The notes under the pieces: model-generated
The model's database searches: none
Seen by the model: the letters and a program-made list of their open reading frames with translations, nothing else
Told to the model about the DNA's origin: nothing
Source: Azolla caroliniana
Taxonomy: Eukaryota; Plantae; Polypodiophyta
Reading direction: 5' to 3'
Length of the DNA: 64,000 nucleotides
NCBI GenBank assembly: GCA_043228905.1
Contig: JBHGNT010000011.1
Coordinates: 20,894,001-20,958,000, forward strand
In this document: in pieces, positions 13,301 to 27,016 of the stretch
Layout of the letters: each line of letters starts with the position of its first letter
How positions within the stretch are numbered: position 1 is the first letter of the stretch
Translations under genes and position numbers: made by a program

Positions 13301-16235
13301 ATGTTTGTAACCCTATACAAGGTTCAAATCATGATTTCTCATCAATTAAAACATCAACAAATTGACATATCTGATGTGCATTTTTTGGTCACCTAAAATC
13401 CCTTTTCTCCCAAAATGTATGGCAACTTGCATGTATTGGTACAATGGAGTTGATAATGAAAACCGAAGCTACAAAGAAAAAACTATCTGTTGGAAATAAA
13501 AACTGTCATCTCCTTATTAATAAGTCTTTTTAATGGGCCGTTTACTATCTCTTCGCAAAACATTGCAATATGTTTTGCTTTCAAGAATGTTGCTTTTAAA
13601 TAGCGTTTCTTTTCTGCATTGTTTCCAATCGGATGGGATTCTCTCTTAGAAATCAATTTCTTGGATTTGACAATTAAACACTTTTGCCCTTAAACAAAAC
13701 GAAAAAACTTGGTGAGGCAAAAAACGAAATCGATGAATCAAATCACGGTACAAATAAGTACATAAACAAAGTTACTTTGTGAAATGTAATGAGATAAGAT
13801 TGAGATTCATGGATCTCTATGGCTATTTATTTTCATATAATATAAATATTTCCAAAAAATGTTCAATAAGCAAGAAGGACTAGAAGTCCAAATGATATTG
13901 CATACTCCCTTTAGACCATTGTATGTACTCAATTCAACTTTCATCCAATAAAGCTTCTAAGAGATGTATGACATGTAAATAAAAGTCTCTACTTTGTTTT
14001 ATGGTTGGACTATGTCAAAGCCTAGCCTTAACTTCAACATACAATAAGTCGTAAAGCTCCTCAACAAAGAAACCAAGTCAAGCCCAACAATGACAACAAC
14101 AAAAATACCTTACTTAACCGAAAATATGAATAAAGGAAAAGGAAAAGGAAAATAAAGGTGGTCTCCTCAAGATCATCGCTTGGACTCTCGAGAGCGCTAA
14201 TTCTTTAACACGAAACAACATTGCTTGTTAAAGCCTATTCAAAGGCTTCCTTAGAGGAATCCAACTGAAGTGCAGAAGTTAGAACAATCAAATATTCTAA
14301 GGCACAACGAAGATTCAATTTAAGTCTTCATTTTTATTGCATTGAATGTCATTCTTGATTTGAACACCATGCAAGGTTGGGTGGACACTTCTTTAAAGTT
14401 GGGAAAAAAATGTATACAACAACATTTCGAGGCATTTATTAAAGTACAATACCATTAATTACCTAATAGAACTATTTTTACCCTAATCGATCCCTAACAA
14501 TATAAATTCCTTAGGAAACCCCATGTAGCTTTAAACAAAGAGCTTTTGCTTCATACTTCCAAAGATGAATGAGAATTCTTCGCCTCAAAGAAACATTGGA
14601 GAATTTTGTTGTACACACACACTCACTCACACACCCCATGTCATTCATGAAGAAGAATGGGAGTTGCAGATTGACGTTAAGATAATGCTTACATAAAAGT
14701 GCATCTTGTTGAAACCTAGCATTAGGAGGTCTAGTGAAGGCATTTAACTTACAACTATGTAATGGTGAACACAAACTATAAAATGTAGTTAATGTGTATA
14801 ATCATGACCAAAAATAGTAAAATGATGAGATCATCATCATTCATGGTATGTGATTGTGCTTCCCAATGTAGGTGGTTAATATGTAGCCTTCCATATCAGA
14901 GGAACTTTCTGCGTGTTTTTTAATGGGGCATCCAAGTTGAGCACATCGGAAGTAGCTCCTACAACAATTAGAAGATCATCATTAGTTTTCAAGCATACAT
15001 GGGACATAGCTAAGTAACAACTACTTCCTTCTTCCTTCTTCTTTTTATGTTAAGAGAATCCTCACCTAGGGAACTTTCTACCCTTTATTCCTTTTTGGCC
15101 ATATTTTCTCCATGTGTAGCCATCAAAAAGGGTGGGATTGTCAGATTTTACACAAAATCTCACCACTTTGTGAGCGTCTTCTTCTTGATCGACATTATGG
15201 CAATCCACGCAACCATTAGAGGTCCTAGAGAATGAGTACATATCAATAAGTCGATTGAAGTAATCCGTTGCAATTTAGCTTGGATATAAATTAATAAGTT
15301 TCTTCAAGCGATCAATTATAGTCATAATGAGTATACCATTAATAAGTTAATTTAGGTAGCATCAAGGAAGTTTGACCAAATATAATCCTTACTCCATCAA
15401 AGCATCTGGGTACTCCTCACTTTTGCTTGGATCCACGTTGTTGGGAAAAACCCGAGAATCCATCACTTTAGGGGAGTCAATGATGATGCCAATAGAATCC
15501 TCTTGTTCACACGATGTCAAAGCAATAACCTTAGAGATGTTGGTGCAAGATGAATCATCAACAGTGTGCGAGACACAAGTGGGAAGAGAACAACCATTGT
15601 CAGAGCCGTAATTGTGAAAGGAATCATCAATGTCAGACACATAAGAGTGAAAGGAATCATTGAGATTGTTAGAGACACAACTCGTGCAAAATGGGGATCC
15701 ATATGAGTGATGATTATTAGATGCAACATGGTCATCCCATAATGTGAGGGCGGTTGCCAAATATGTATTGTCTTTGCTAATGGGAGCAGAGCAAGGAGGG
15801 CCAACTGATTCAAAGCAACAAGTGTCCCATAAACATTCTTGCATCATGAAATTAGACTCTAACCTTGAGGGATTGAGTTCAAAGTTAGGGGTCGGGTAAG
15901 ATTCAATGTTTTCCATAATAGTGATATGACCAATTGATTGGGAGGAGCAATCCTCGGTGCATAGATCATGGGAAAATTCATGTGATAGATAATTGTCGAG
16001 GAAGGAGGGGGCACAATGTTTGGTTGTAGATGTGGTCGGGGTGGAAGGGTGAGAGACAAGGGTGGGGAGGCAATTATCTAAAGAAGATGAAGATGATGAG
16101 GAGGAGATGAGAGTGGAGTTAAGATCACAATGTTGCATTGTGGGAAGTGCAATATATGAGTATAGGTATGGAGTGTGTTATATGAGTCTTTTTTTCTTTG
16201 TAAATGGAGTAGTTTAAGGAACATAGACTATACTG

Positions 16236-16278
<43 letters not shown>

Positions 16279-18894
16279 TCTATATTTATGGATTTGTGTT
16301 CCAAAAGAGTGCGTAGACCATTTCTAAGGAGACTGAAAAAGAAAAATATTAAGGAAAAGTACCAAGGAAATGTCCTAGTGGCTTCATGACATGTGTTGAG
16401 AAAAAAAAACGAAACTTCCACACATGCATATAATTTATATCTACCAAAGGTTAAGTTAATTTATCAATCAATACTTTTAGGTGGATGTTTTAAATTAATC
16501 AATATTATTGCGCATATTAAGTAATTGATCGAATTAACTTAAATTATAACTTACAATTGAAATTTGATATATTCCCATGGAAAAACCTCTAGTTATGTTT
16601 GATCTTTAATTATGAACTTTGACCAAGTATTTATTAGAGAAAGATAGATTGATATGTAGACATGCATATAATCTTAAATTTCTAATCACATAAGTATTTT
16701 TGGCTGGTTTTCTACTCACACACTTATGATCAAGTTTTTATTCCTTTAGTAATTTACCAACGAGAAGTCTCTACCACTAGCAAGAGTTATGTTCTTGGGG
16801 TCAAAATGTAGGCCCACATCTTGTTCTGTTATCTCTAACTACCACTTGATCTCAACGCGGAATGACTAACTTGTTGCGTGCTAAAAAAATGAATGACTGA
16901 CAAACTCATGTGTAGGCCCGAGTAATATGTGGTTGCTTGGAAGAGAGTAAGACTAAAGTTTGGCTCTAACAATTAGTCAAAGTATGGGGGCAGATATGAC
17001 ATGGCCAGGGGAGGAAATAATAAGGCATATCAAGAGGGAACCATATACTGAACAATCAATAGGGACACAAATGTTTCACTTTAAAAGAAATTATTTGGCA
17101 CATCATGATGATGTGCAATAAAATTAGAGTAGCCACAAGAAGAAAATGGGCCTACATAGTAGTCTCGTGAATACTTGAAGCTATTGTGCCAAGAAATAAT
17201 TTGTTGTGCCAAATGTGAGAGACTTGTTGTCTCTTCATACCCACAAAAATATTGTTAGAAATAATTGGTTGCCCCAAAAGAGTTTATATGTAGCAGACTT
17301 GCTAGAGAATGGTTTTTTACTTGGTGTCTATAGAAAGTAGTCGTGGCCAATTGAGAAGTATTACTTTTTAGTCGCATCTCCATGGCTTAAAATAAGTTTG
17401 TTCTTGTATTTAATTGTTTGGTTGATAATTGCCTTATGTCACAGTCCTCAATATATTGAAGGTGGTCTGGTTTATTTCAATGTGCATGAATTTAGAGAGC
17501 GATACAGAACAAACACATAATTCTTGAGAGCATGGTTCTTCATCTTTATATTATGTTGCCAGGATAAATTTGGAAGTTTAATTGGAACTTCGGCGTTGAG
17601 GAAAAGAGGACTTATAAGTGTGATGACCGAGTCCATAACTATTCTAATCATTAAACTTTGTAAGTCAATGAAGTAAAGATTTCATTCTGATTTTTTGTGG
17701 GATATGGTTCTTGTCATTACATCATTACATTTGTCATAATACAACAAATATTAGTGAATAACAAACATTTTAATTCATCTTGGTGGAGTGTTTTGTTTTG
17801 TTTGAGTAATCATTGTCCTTGTCATTTATAGAAAAGCAAAAGAGAGAACACAAAAGAATTTTATAGTTCATCTTGGAGAGTCGAGACAACTTAAACCATC
17901 CTCTTATTTAATGTGTCACATCCAACATGGCAACTTTGATATTTAAGATACGTAAATGATACTTGCATCGTATAGATGCACTTCATGCTAAGTCCTAACA
18001 AATCCAACACACTTTATGGCAATTGTCAAAGAACACTTGAAAAAATATGTCATGTTCTTATTCATATTACGTATAGAGTTTTTGTCATTGGACTTTATGA
18101 TCTAGATGGCGATATTCTAAACCACAGAGTTTCGCGGCACTTCTTAGGTTTTGGTGTTCGTGTAGCACATGTATGCTCGAGGATTCACCCCATTCTAATA
18201 CTTGGATTAAGTAACCACATTGTCCAATCAAATGTTGGACTTGTTCAGAAGCTATTGAAACACAAAGAAAACTTTGCATTAAAATAAAGTACACGTTGCT
18301 TGGAAGGGTTTGGTAAAAAAATATGGAGATTAGAATTAGAATTAGAATTTTTATCGTCCATAAAGAGGCCAGTTTTGACCTATGGGACCAGAGTAAACAT
18401 GTGTTCTTTGACCGATTTGCACAAAGTCTGTATGTGTGAATAAAGCATACACATATGAGCTCAACCTTCTAGGTGGTGTCTTAAGTATGGCACTTAAATT
18501 ATCACTTCCTCTTAGTGGAAATAGGGAACATGCAACATTACCTAGTGGAAATAAGGAAAAAAACTCTATCCACATTTATAAAGCTATCACATTCATCGAG
18601 GGCTCTATTGCCTACACGAAAATACACACAATTTTTGTAAATCAGTCTCACAGTAGGGTGAGCTCTACTTCTTAACGTTGCAAAAAGCTCACCAACTACC
18701 TTTGTTAAGCATGTGTACATTCATGAACTTAGAAAGGTTTTAAGCAATCCCTTGTGGGCAAACCAAAACAACTCTTTCGTATCTCTTGTAAAAAGCATAA
18801 AATGGCAACCTAATTTGGTTCTACAGGTTAAACAACCCTTTTAGCCATCATCTATTATTTTCTAAGCATGCACTTGCTCACTCCTTTTTAACAA

Positions 18895-19327
18895 TGTTAC
18901 CGGCCGACAAAGGAGTCCAGAGTGTGAAATGGGGAGTTATTTAATTATTAGGAATGGTTGTAAGTAAGGTATGAGTGTGGACTGACGGACCAGAATCGGT
19001 ATGCCGTTTCGGATCCGGACCGATCCCGAACAGGTGCGGATGGCACCGTTTTGTACTACAGACCGGAAACCTATTTAAAGGCCCGGATACAATGTAATGA
19101 GCAGCAGTTAATTAATAAAGCTTAGTGTTGTTATCTCTCTGTGTTAATTGCTGTTTTGCATTCATTGTTATATCTTACGCGTGTGAATGTGAAGGACGAT
19201 CATGCTAAGTAACCTAATTAAGTCGGATTAATTGTTGAGTCTAATCCTGTTGCCGTAACACCCCTTTGGTGAAGTGTCTTCCGTAGACACCCTGTGTTAG
19301 GCCATTGTCCGGCCCTAAGAGTTAACA
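18895..19327 (+). repeat. 5' LTR of the large gypsy element
   Basis: tgttaccggcc...gagttaaca; TATA-like ctatttaaa ~19071 and aataaa ~19114; matches 33096-33528. Confidence 0.95.
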
Positions 19328-19334
19328 TAGTTTT

Positions 19335-19344
19335 TGGCGACCAC
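19335..19344 (+). promoter_or_regulatory. Primer-binding site, probably tRNA-Arg
   Basis: TGGCGACCAC 7 nt after the LTR, complementary to a tRNA 3' end GTGGTCGCCA. The tRNA-Arg assignment is from memory and needs checking. Confidence 0.65.
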
Positions 19345-19380
19345 GATTCCTGTTTTTGCAGCGAACGACGACATGAATGG

Positions 19381-19996
19381 ATGACTAGATCAACGCACGA
19401 CCTGGTTACAGATCGAACTCGACGCCTTGCCGAAAGGCAAAGGAGACGTGAGGCTTTCCAGCAAGCGGCGTAGGAAATTAGAGCGGATCGCTCGTTTTCC
19501 AACGTAATCCGGAGAGTAGCAGAGGAGTCCCTCTGGTTACAACAAAAATCGCACCCGGACGACGGCAGCAGCCTAAGCAGCCTCCGGGCAACCGAATCCC
19601 TTCTCCAGGCGTTGGCAAGTGGAGAAGGCGAAGCAGAAGCCTTTTCAGCGTATGAATCGGATTCCGAAGGGGAATACAACGTGCACACGAACTACCGTGG
19701 CAACAACGAAACCCCGGGCGGACTGGAGGACGAAGGATCAGACACTTTACCGACACCGGAATCAGAAGTGCTAAGGCTGGAACCTCCGGAACCAGTAGAG
19801 GAAGAGCGACCTCCGACACTGGAAGTCGAGGAGGAGAGGCCTCTGTCACCAAAAGAAGAGGAAAGACCACCGACACTGGAGAAAAACCAAGAACGACCAC
19901 CAACACCGCCAGCCCGCGCACCGATACCGGACGACGACATGCCATTCCAGTACTCCAAGTATAGAGATGATCCGGATGCGGAAGCTCATGTTCACG
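19381..19996 (+). pseudogene. N-terminal gag of the large gypsy element (internal stop, cut off at start of capsid domain)
   Basis: MTRSTHDLVTDRTRRLAERQRRR..*..acidic/Pro-rich..MPFQYSKYRDDPDAEAHVHAF, then an abrupt switch to AT-rich filler. Confidence 0.75.
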
Positions 19997-20314
19997 CCTT
20001 TGCGAGTTTGGTGGATCAATTACAACTAATGTTCAATCTATAACCGTCTCAACCTACCCCAACTTAGATTTTGACACTAGCATGTGTGAAGAAAGGTGAC
20101 GATTTCCATGGAAATACCTTTTTTGAATCCACGAGTAAGAGGCCCATATATTGTATGACTAGTTTCTAAAAGATGAAAAGGTGGGGTAGATGAGCACCTC
20201 AAATTTAATTGAGAAAGAAAATCGCTTATAATGTTGTCCTGGAAATAAGAAATAAAAAGATACATTTACTGCCTTTATGATCCACCAAAATCGCAAAGGA
20301 TATATTCATGCCTT
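19997..20314 (-). other. Templated filler insertion replacing the gag core
   Basis: 19997-20018 is a direct copy of 11672-11693; 20017-20314 is an inverted copy of 11657-11954. Confidence 0.9.
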
Positions 20315-23047
20315 TATGACCGGGAGCACTCCCCCGAGTATCGTCAGCAACGGGAGGAATACGGCAGATATAACGACCAACCTCGTCAAGAGTACCGCAA
20401 TAAGAAGAACTATAACTAAAAACGGCGGCTACCCACGGGATCCGGAACAAGGAGCTTCAAGCAGCCAACCGGCCCAAAACCACGCGCTTACCACGGGACC
20501 TGCCTCGAGTACAACAGACAATGCCGAATCCAGCAATACCCGGAAAGCTTACTGCTACTACTGCCGACAGGAAGGCCATTGTAGTAATCAATGCCCGGCG
20601 AAGAGCTATGACAAACGACCAACAGTAAATATGGTAGTCCCTGAAGTGGCAGATCTGCAACAGGTGACCACAAGGTCGAAGGGCATGGCCAAGGAATGGG
20701 AGACGCAGGAGACCATCCGGAAGCAAGCGACGGAATGGGTGAAAAAAGCAAACGAGCAAAATGTCACAGACTTACAACGGCAAAAGGAGAATACCGTAGG
20801 GCTTGCCGACGACAGTCACTCCGAGAACGAGCCATGGCTGGGGTTGCAAGAATGCCAGATTACACTGCCACTAGGAAGACTCCTACAGCTCATGCCGAGA
20901 TTCACGGAAGGACTGAAGACGGCCATGACGGCAGGAGAATCATCACCGGCACCGGTACTCTTCTCGAATCCGGAGGAGGGACCAACGGTGGTGGACACCA
21001 ACAGTCCGATAATCACTGCCATTGTAAAAGGGAAAGAACTCCCCGGCACAGTTATAGACGGAGGTTCCGGTGTGAATGTAATAAGCCTCCGGACGTGTGA
21101 TGCCCTGGGAATCCACGAGTGGGAGCCGTGTCCGTTCTGGTTACGGATGGCCGATACAAGCTCAGTGCGACCGACAGGATTAATACGAAAATTAGAAGTC
21201 ACCGTTGGCGGTCATAAATTTCACATCTCGGCAGTAGTGCTACAATTACAGGCACAAGGCGCATACCCGCTATTGCTGGGGCAGCCGTGGTTGAAAATGG
21301 CACATATCAAACAGAATTGGAGGAAAAATATAATTACCTTCCGGCGAGGAAAAGCCAAGGTACGGGTACAAACACAGCCAAGGACGAGCACTGGCAAGGA
21401 ATGTACACCGTTGTATGCAGAATGCGTCAACATGCTAGAAGGGTTAGCTGACGAAGAAGAAGCTCAGTACTTGCAGGAAAACCCGAAGATCGTACCCCTC
21501 TTCGAAATTGACATTGCCAAAGCAGTAGCACCATACTTACCGCAGCCGGAAGATACTAAAGCAGAACCAGATAAAGACGCAATCTGAGAGTTACGGCAAG
21601 CGCAGGAAGCGTTGGAACGGGAAATGGCCGTTTCACAGCGCGTAAAAGCGTCGCAACTTGAAGAGGTGAACCTAGGGACCACGGACGAAGCAAAACCGGT
21701 GCACATCGCCAAGGAGATGAAATCCGAAGACAAAACAGCGATGATCACACTTCTCACGGAATTTCGCGACGTGTTCGCCTGGTCATACGAAGACATGCGA
21801 GGACTCGACCCTCAGTTATACCAGCATCAGATTCACTTGAGCAAGGACGCAAAACCAGTGGCACAAAGACAGTACCGGATGAATCCCAATTATGCCACCA
21901 AAGTCAAGGAGGAAATCGACAAACTGCTAAGAGTTGGCTTTATCTGTCCGGTAAAGAAAGCGACATGGCTGAGCCCGATCGTAGTCGTACCGAAGAAGAA
22001 CGGAAAAATTCGAGTTTGTGTGGACTACCGGAAACTTAATGCGGCTACGGTAACGGATGCGTTTCCACTTCTGTTCACAGATGGAGTGTTGGATGCCGTC
22101 GCCGGTCATGAGGTCTATAGTTTTCTAGACGGATTCAGCGGGTACAATCAGATCCGGATGCACCTCGACGATCAAGAGAAAACGGCTTTCGTCACCGAAT
22201 GGGGGGTGTTTGTGGCCGTGGTGATGATGTTCGGACTCAAAACGGCACTGGCAACATTTCAACGAATCATCATGGAAATCTTTGGTGAATATATCCCGGC
22301 TTTTATGTAGGTTTTCCTTGACGATTTCGCCATCTATAGCTGGGAGGAGGACCATTTTCAACACCTCCGTCTTTGTCTAGAAAAGTGTAGAGCATATCGG
22401 CTAAGCTTGAATCCGGCAAAGTGTGTATTTGGCGTATCCAGTGGAACCTTATTAGGACATATTGTGAGCCAAGAAGGTATTGCAGTCGACCCGGACAAAG
22501 TGAAAGCCATATTAGAAGCACCGGCGCTGGCAACGACAAAGGCATTGAGCCAGTTCTTAGGACAGATCCGGTGGCACAACCGGATGCTCCGATACTTGGC
22601 CGACCTGACTACACCGTTGCATGCCGCCGTACATCGGACACCATTCCAGTGGACCGACACCGAGGATAGGGCGTATAGGGCCCTCAAGGTACTATTGTCG
22701 CAAGCACCGATAGTGCAGCCCCCGGATTGGAGTAAAGAATTTCATGTGTTCGTGGACGCCTCCAACATCGCAATCGGAAGCGTACTGATGCAGCTTACGG
22801 AGCCAAAGTGGTACCGGCCAGTGTACTATGCCAGCCGAAAGCTCTCCCAAGCGGAACGGAACTACTCTACCACGGAACGGGAAGCTCTAGGGATGATTTA
22901 CAGTGTGACAAAGTTTCGGCATTATTTATTGGGAAGGAAGTTTTCCTTCCATGTAGATCATTCGGCACTCCTTTACCTAGTGTCCAAGTTGGCCTGGTGG
23001 ACCTTATTGTTACAGGAATTCGAGTTCGAAATATTCCACCGACCCGG
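20315..23047 (+). pseudogene. gag zinc knuckle, aspartic protease, reverse transcriptase and RNase H (stops/frameshifts)
   Basis: CYYCRQEGHCSNQC; VIDGGSGVN; SPIVVVPKKNGKIRVCVDYRKLN; LDGFSGYNQI; *VFLDDF; FVDAS; YASRKLSQAERNYSTTEREAL; FHVDHSAL. Confidence 0.95.
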
Positions 23048-24624
23048 TGTTGCGTTGTTACGCGCGTGCGTGGAGAAAGGCGGGACCACGGGGGTCTTGG
23101 ACTAGGGAGCGACGGAGCGTAGGAAGTCGCACCTCACCGTTTTCTGGGGCACCCCAGGATAGTTTACAACAGTCGTTTGCTGTCAAGCCGCCGTTGGGGA
23201 GCTCTCGGGCTCGTTGCGCCGAGCGGGGTCTTGCACAGGAGATAAGCTGCAGCCAACCCTAAACGAACACGAAGGGGAAGAAGAAGAAGCAGAAGAAACC
23301 TAACCCTAAACCTACCGGTATACCCTCTAATCCAAAATGGGCAACCCTTTTACAAAGGGCGTTCCCTCCCTTTTATAGACCAAGGAGAGGGATGCGTTAC
23401 AATGTGGGACAAATCCCGACTTTCATGGGATCGTCTATCCCGACTTGACTACTCTTCGGCGCCATAAAGGCGCCCTCGATATTCACACCAAATGTACATG
23501 GGTGCGTACACATGCTGCACCCCGCCGATGTAGACAATGTTTCCCAGTTTTCGCCTATGGCCGAAATTCTTCACGACATCCGCCCCCACCTAACTGCACG
23601 TCCACCGGTACGTGCCAATCTGGTTGAAGGGTGAGAGATTTCGGCCGGTGAGAAACCGGTCTCCCGTGATCCGCATCTCGGCTCGCTGCCGGTTTGATCC
23701 GATGGCTTCGAGTCTTCCTTCGCGCTCGCCTCCCCGTAGGCTCGTTCGACCCGTCGATGGGTCCTCTGCCGCGATCTCCGTAGCACGCGTTCTTCCGTTG
23801 GCCCTTGTTCGGCCGTATGAACGCCCCGCTTCCCGTCGTATGCCCGATGTCCTCCGCTAGAGGAATGCCCGTGGTAGCCCTCTTGGCCTCCGTTGTCGAA
23901 TCGTGATGTCCCGATGATGTTTCACGTCGCCTTCGTCCTTCCGCCACCACCTTCCTTCTCCATGGTCTTACATCGCCGCGTCGGGTCGAACCGCCATGGT
24001 CTCCGAAACGGTGTGGAAGATCCCTTTCCGGCCTTCTCCGCGCTCGCCTTTCCGCTCCGGCACCTCCGTGTGTCATCTACCCTCGTCTGTTGTTTAGTAC
24101 TGCCCGTGTTGCACTCTTCGTCGGCCCCTTTCCGGCCTAATCGTGCAGCGCTGTTCACCCGCATACCGGTGTCCTTTGCATCCGAGGAACACCCCGTAGT
24201 AGCCCACTTGGCCCTTCCCGTCGTCGTGCTGCTGAAACAGGTCCTGGGTCTTTTGCTTGCCGTTGTCCCCTCGCCCCCTCCAGCTTGTCACCCCGGCTTG
24301 CCGTGTTAGTCTTTGTTACTTCGACGGAGTTACCGAGATCTACGAAGCGAGTGTGGAGGATCCTCCTCCGGCCTCTCTTGCTGTCCTGGTTTCGACCCTG
24401 TGCAGTCCACTAGGCACTTGTCCCTTCGTTCTCGGCACCTCCCTTGTGCCGTCTTCCGCTTCCTTCGTTCGGCCTCGCTCGCGCCGAGCACCGTCCCGTA
24501 GTCACGCTTCGATCTGGCCCGTGATGGCCACTCGCGAGACTCTTGTTCTGTCCAAGGTGTGCCTTTCCAGCCTGACACACCTCCCCGTGTTCACCCCTAT
24601 TGGCTCCTTCCGATACCTCGTGTC

Positions 24625-25282
24625 GTCGGGTCCCGTTCCTTGCCGCCACCGTCCTTCTCCCTCGGTCTCACTTTGCCACGTTGGCCGAACTGCCGGAGTC
24701 TCCGGATCAGTGTGAGGGTCCCATAGGACCGGACTCCGTTTTTATGCTTGCTGAAACTCGGGTGTCTTTTGTTTGAGTCTCTCCCGGACTCTCCTCGTGT
24801 CTTCCGCGTAGCCGGGTCCCGTTTCCCGCCGCCACCAACCTTCTCTCTCGGTCTCATGTTGCCACGTTGGCTGAACTGCCGGAGTCTCTGGTTAAGTGTG
24901 GGGATCCCGTAGGACCGGACTTCCTTATGCCCATTGTCTTCGTCACCTCGCCGCTACCGTCAGTATCTTGGTCTTACATCGACCGCGTTGCCGACTGCCG
25001 AAGTCTCTAGAACCGGTGTGAAGGATCCTTCGTAGACCGCCCTTCCGTAGCCCTTGCCTTCGTCACCTCGCCGCCACTGTCAGTATCTTGGTCTTACGTC
25101 GACCGCGTTGCCGACTTCCGAAGTCTCTAGAACCGGTGTGAAGGATCCTCCGTAGGCCTCCCTTCCGTAGCCCTTGCCTTCGTCACCTCGCCGCCACCGT
25201 CAGTATCTTGGTCTTACGTCGACCGCGTTGCCGACTGCCGAAGTCTCTAGAACCGGTGTGAAGGATCCTCCGTAGGCCTCCC
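24625..25282. repeat. Tandem repeat block in the nested element (three 120-bp units plus two related ~187-bp units)
   Basis: cttcgtcacctcgccgc...gaagtctctagaaccggtgtgaaggatcct at 24938, 25058 and 25178; related units at ~24625 and ~24811; a diverged copy at ~23930-24035. Confidence 0.9.
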
Positions 25283-25543
25283 CGATTTGTCTTCCCGACC
25301 CTGTCCCGGGTCGTCCTTTTCCTCATGCCGAGAGGGCGGTTTACTCCGCACCCTCTCCCGTGGTACCGACGAACCGTGTCCTCGGCCTCTTCGTAGGCCT
25401 GCTCTCTTCCTCCCTCCCGGAATGGTTATCCGGGAGTCTGCTCCGCCCGGTTCTCGTCCGTAATCTCGACCTTCGCTCGGTCGGTCTTTCTCCCCATGTA
25501 AAAGAGGGCGGCTCGTCCCGCACCCCCTTCCGTATCAGCTCTT

Positions 25544-26983
25544 TCATGCCGAAACCGGACCCGATCGAACGATCCACGACCGGATCACGCTCCACCCGTA
25601 TCGGAACGCCGATCGCCTCGTGCCGCGTCCGTCCTCGGCCTCCTCGCAGGCCGTTTCCCATCCGTCTTCGCTGGCATCGTGCCAGGACTCCTCGGTACCG
25701 CCATCCATCTCCTCAGTCTTACATGGGCATACGGGCCCGAATGCCAAGTTCTCCGGAATCGGGTCCGTGGGCTTTCGTCCGCTCCTTCCCCGTATCGTCT
25801 CGCCGGTGATTCTTGGCCCTTCGCCGCCGCCTTCCTCCGCTTGGGACTCACGTGGGTACTCGGGCCCGACTGCCATTGTCTTGGGAGCAAATGTGGGAAG
25901 ACACAAAGAATCACCCGTCCGTTTTACGCCCTTGTCCGTAGCCACCGACTCTTCGTGGTCGGCGGTCGTCTTCTTACCGATCGTGCAAGCCCCGTCTGGG
26001 CTTGCTTCTTCAATGACCGGGATCTCGGGCTGACACGCCCGAAACCGCTGGTCCCAACGTTCCGGTTCTGCGATCTGTATCTCGGCCTCGTCCTTGGCCG
26101 ATCTTTCTCCGCATGTCGAGAGGGTGACTCGTCCCGCACCCCCTCCCGTGGTACCGTGGTACCGATCTTCCGCTGTTGCGCGGGGCAAGTCCGTCTCCTC
26201 GGTCTCAGCTTCTGGCCTCGATCCCCCCTCTTCCTCGAGCATCGCTTTGAGCGCTGCGTTCGCCTCTGCAATCCTGGCCCCAACGCTGACCCTTGCCGAC
26301 TCTCTTTGCCGTTCAGCCTCTTCCCGCTGTGATGGCACGTCGTCGCGTACCTTCCTCTTAGCCTTCTCGGCTCGCTCGTTGTCTAGCCTTTGGCACACCT
26401 TTCCGACCTTCGACCAGTCCTCCGTAAGCCCATTCGCTCCATCATCGTCTTCGAGCTCAATCCCGATGGCTTCCCGTTCCGCTCGGTCGATCGACTTGAC
26501 GAACAAAAGGACTTTTTCCGCCCTCACCAAACCTTGTTCCCGCTCTGGGAGCCGAGCAAGTTGTCGCTCGAATTCCCGGAACGCCTTCATTGCACCCCGA
26601 TAGGTCTTTGCCGATGCTACCCACTAGTCGAAGTGGTGTCGTCCCCAGCTCTTCCGCCGTCCTCCGTATGCCTTCAGGAGCGCCTCTTCGAAGGCCTCCC
26701 ACGAACCATGAGCCTCACGGAGCTCCATTACTTCCGCATGCTTCCGGATAGCTACGACCCAGCAGAAGAACTCCAGCCTCAACACCTCGTCTACGCCATG
26801 CTCTTCCATTTCCGCGTTGTAGGCTTCCAAGTAAGATGGGACTTTGTCCCCGTTGAAACGACCGACTCTTTAGACCACTCGCCCAACCGCTTGTTGCGCT
26901 GCTTCTCGCCTCATCACCACTCGTGCCGACTCCAACACCACTTCGGCCACCATCTCCGCAAGGTCGTCGTCTTCCGACTCCAT
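25544..26983 (-). pseudogene. gag-like ORF of the nested element (two in-frame stops)
   Basis: MESEDDDLAEM...*RVGRFNGDKVPSYLEAYNAEM...SWEAFEEALLKAY...*...KVLLFVKSID...GLTEDWSKV. ORFs 26624..26830 and 25544..26590 share a frame. Confidence 0.8.
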
Positions 26984-27000
26984 CCTCCCTTGCCGCCTTT

Positions 27001-27016
27001 CATGTCGGGTTCACCA
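27001..27016 (-). promoter_or_regulatory. PBS complementary to cytosolic tRNA-Trp
   Basis: TGGTGAACCCGACATG 4 nt after the 5' LTR; plant tRNA-Trp 3' end recalled as CACGTCGGGTTCACCA (15/16 match). Confidence 0.8.

Noticed and set aside
15389-16138. 249-aa ORF as a host gene
   Set aside because: Low-complexity S/D/H/C-rich sequence with no recognisable domain, next to a PPT-like aaaaagggtgggattgt at ~15125-15141. Probably a retroelement relic.
16900-18800. CACTA transposase relic
   Set aside because: Single motif IEGSIA resembles Tnp2 PEGSIA, but no TIRs or further firm motifs were seen.
19997-20299. MITE with 22-bp TIRs
   Set aside because: No TSD, the homologue at 11657-11954 has only one of the two ends, and the copied sequence extends beyond the right repeat. 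Templated repair fits better.
24938-25282. CRISPR-like array
   Set aside because: Whole 120-bp units repeat with no variable spacers, in a eukaryotic retroelement context.
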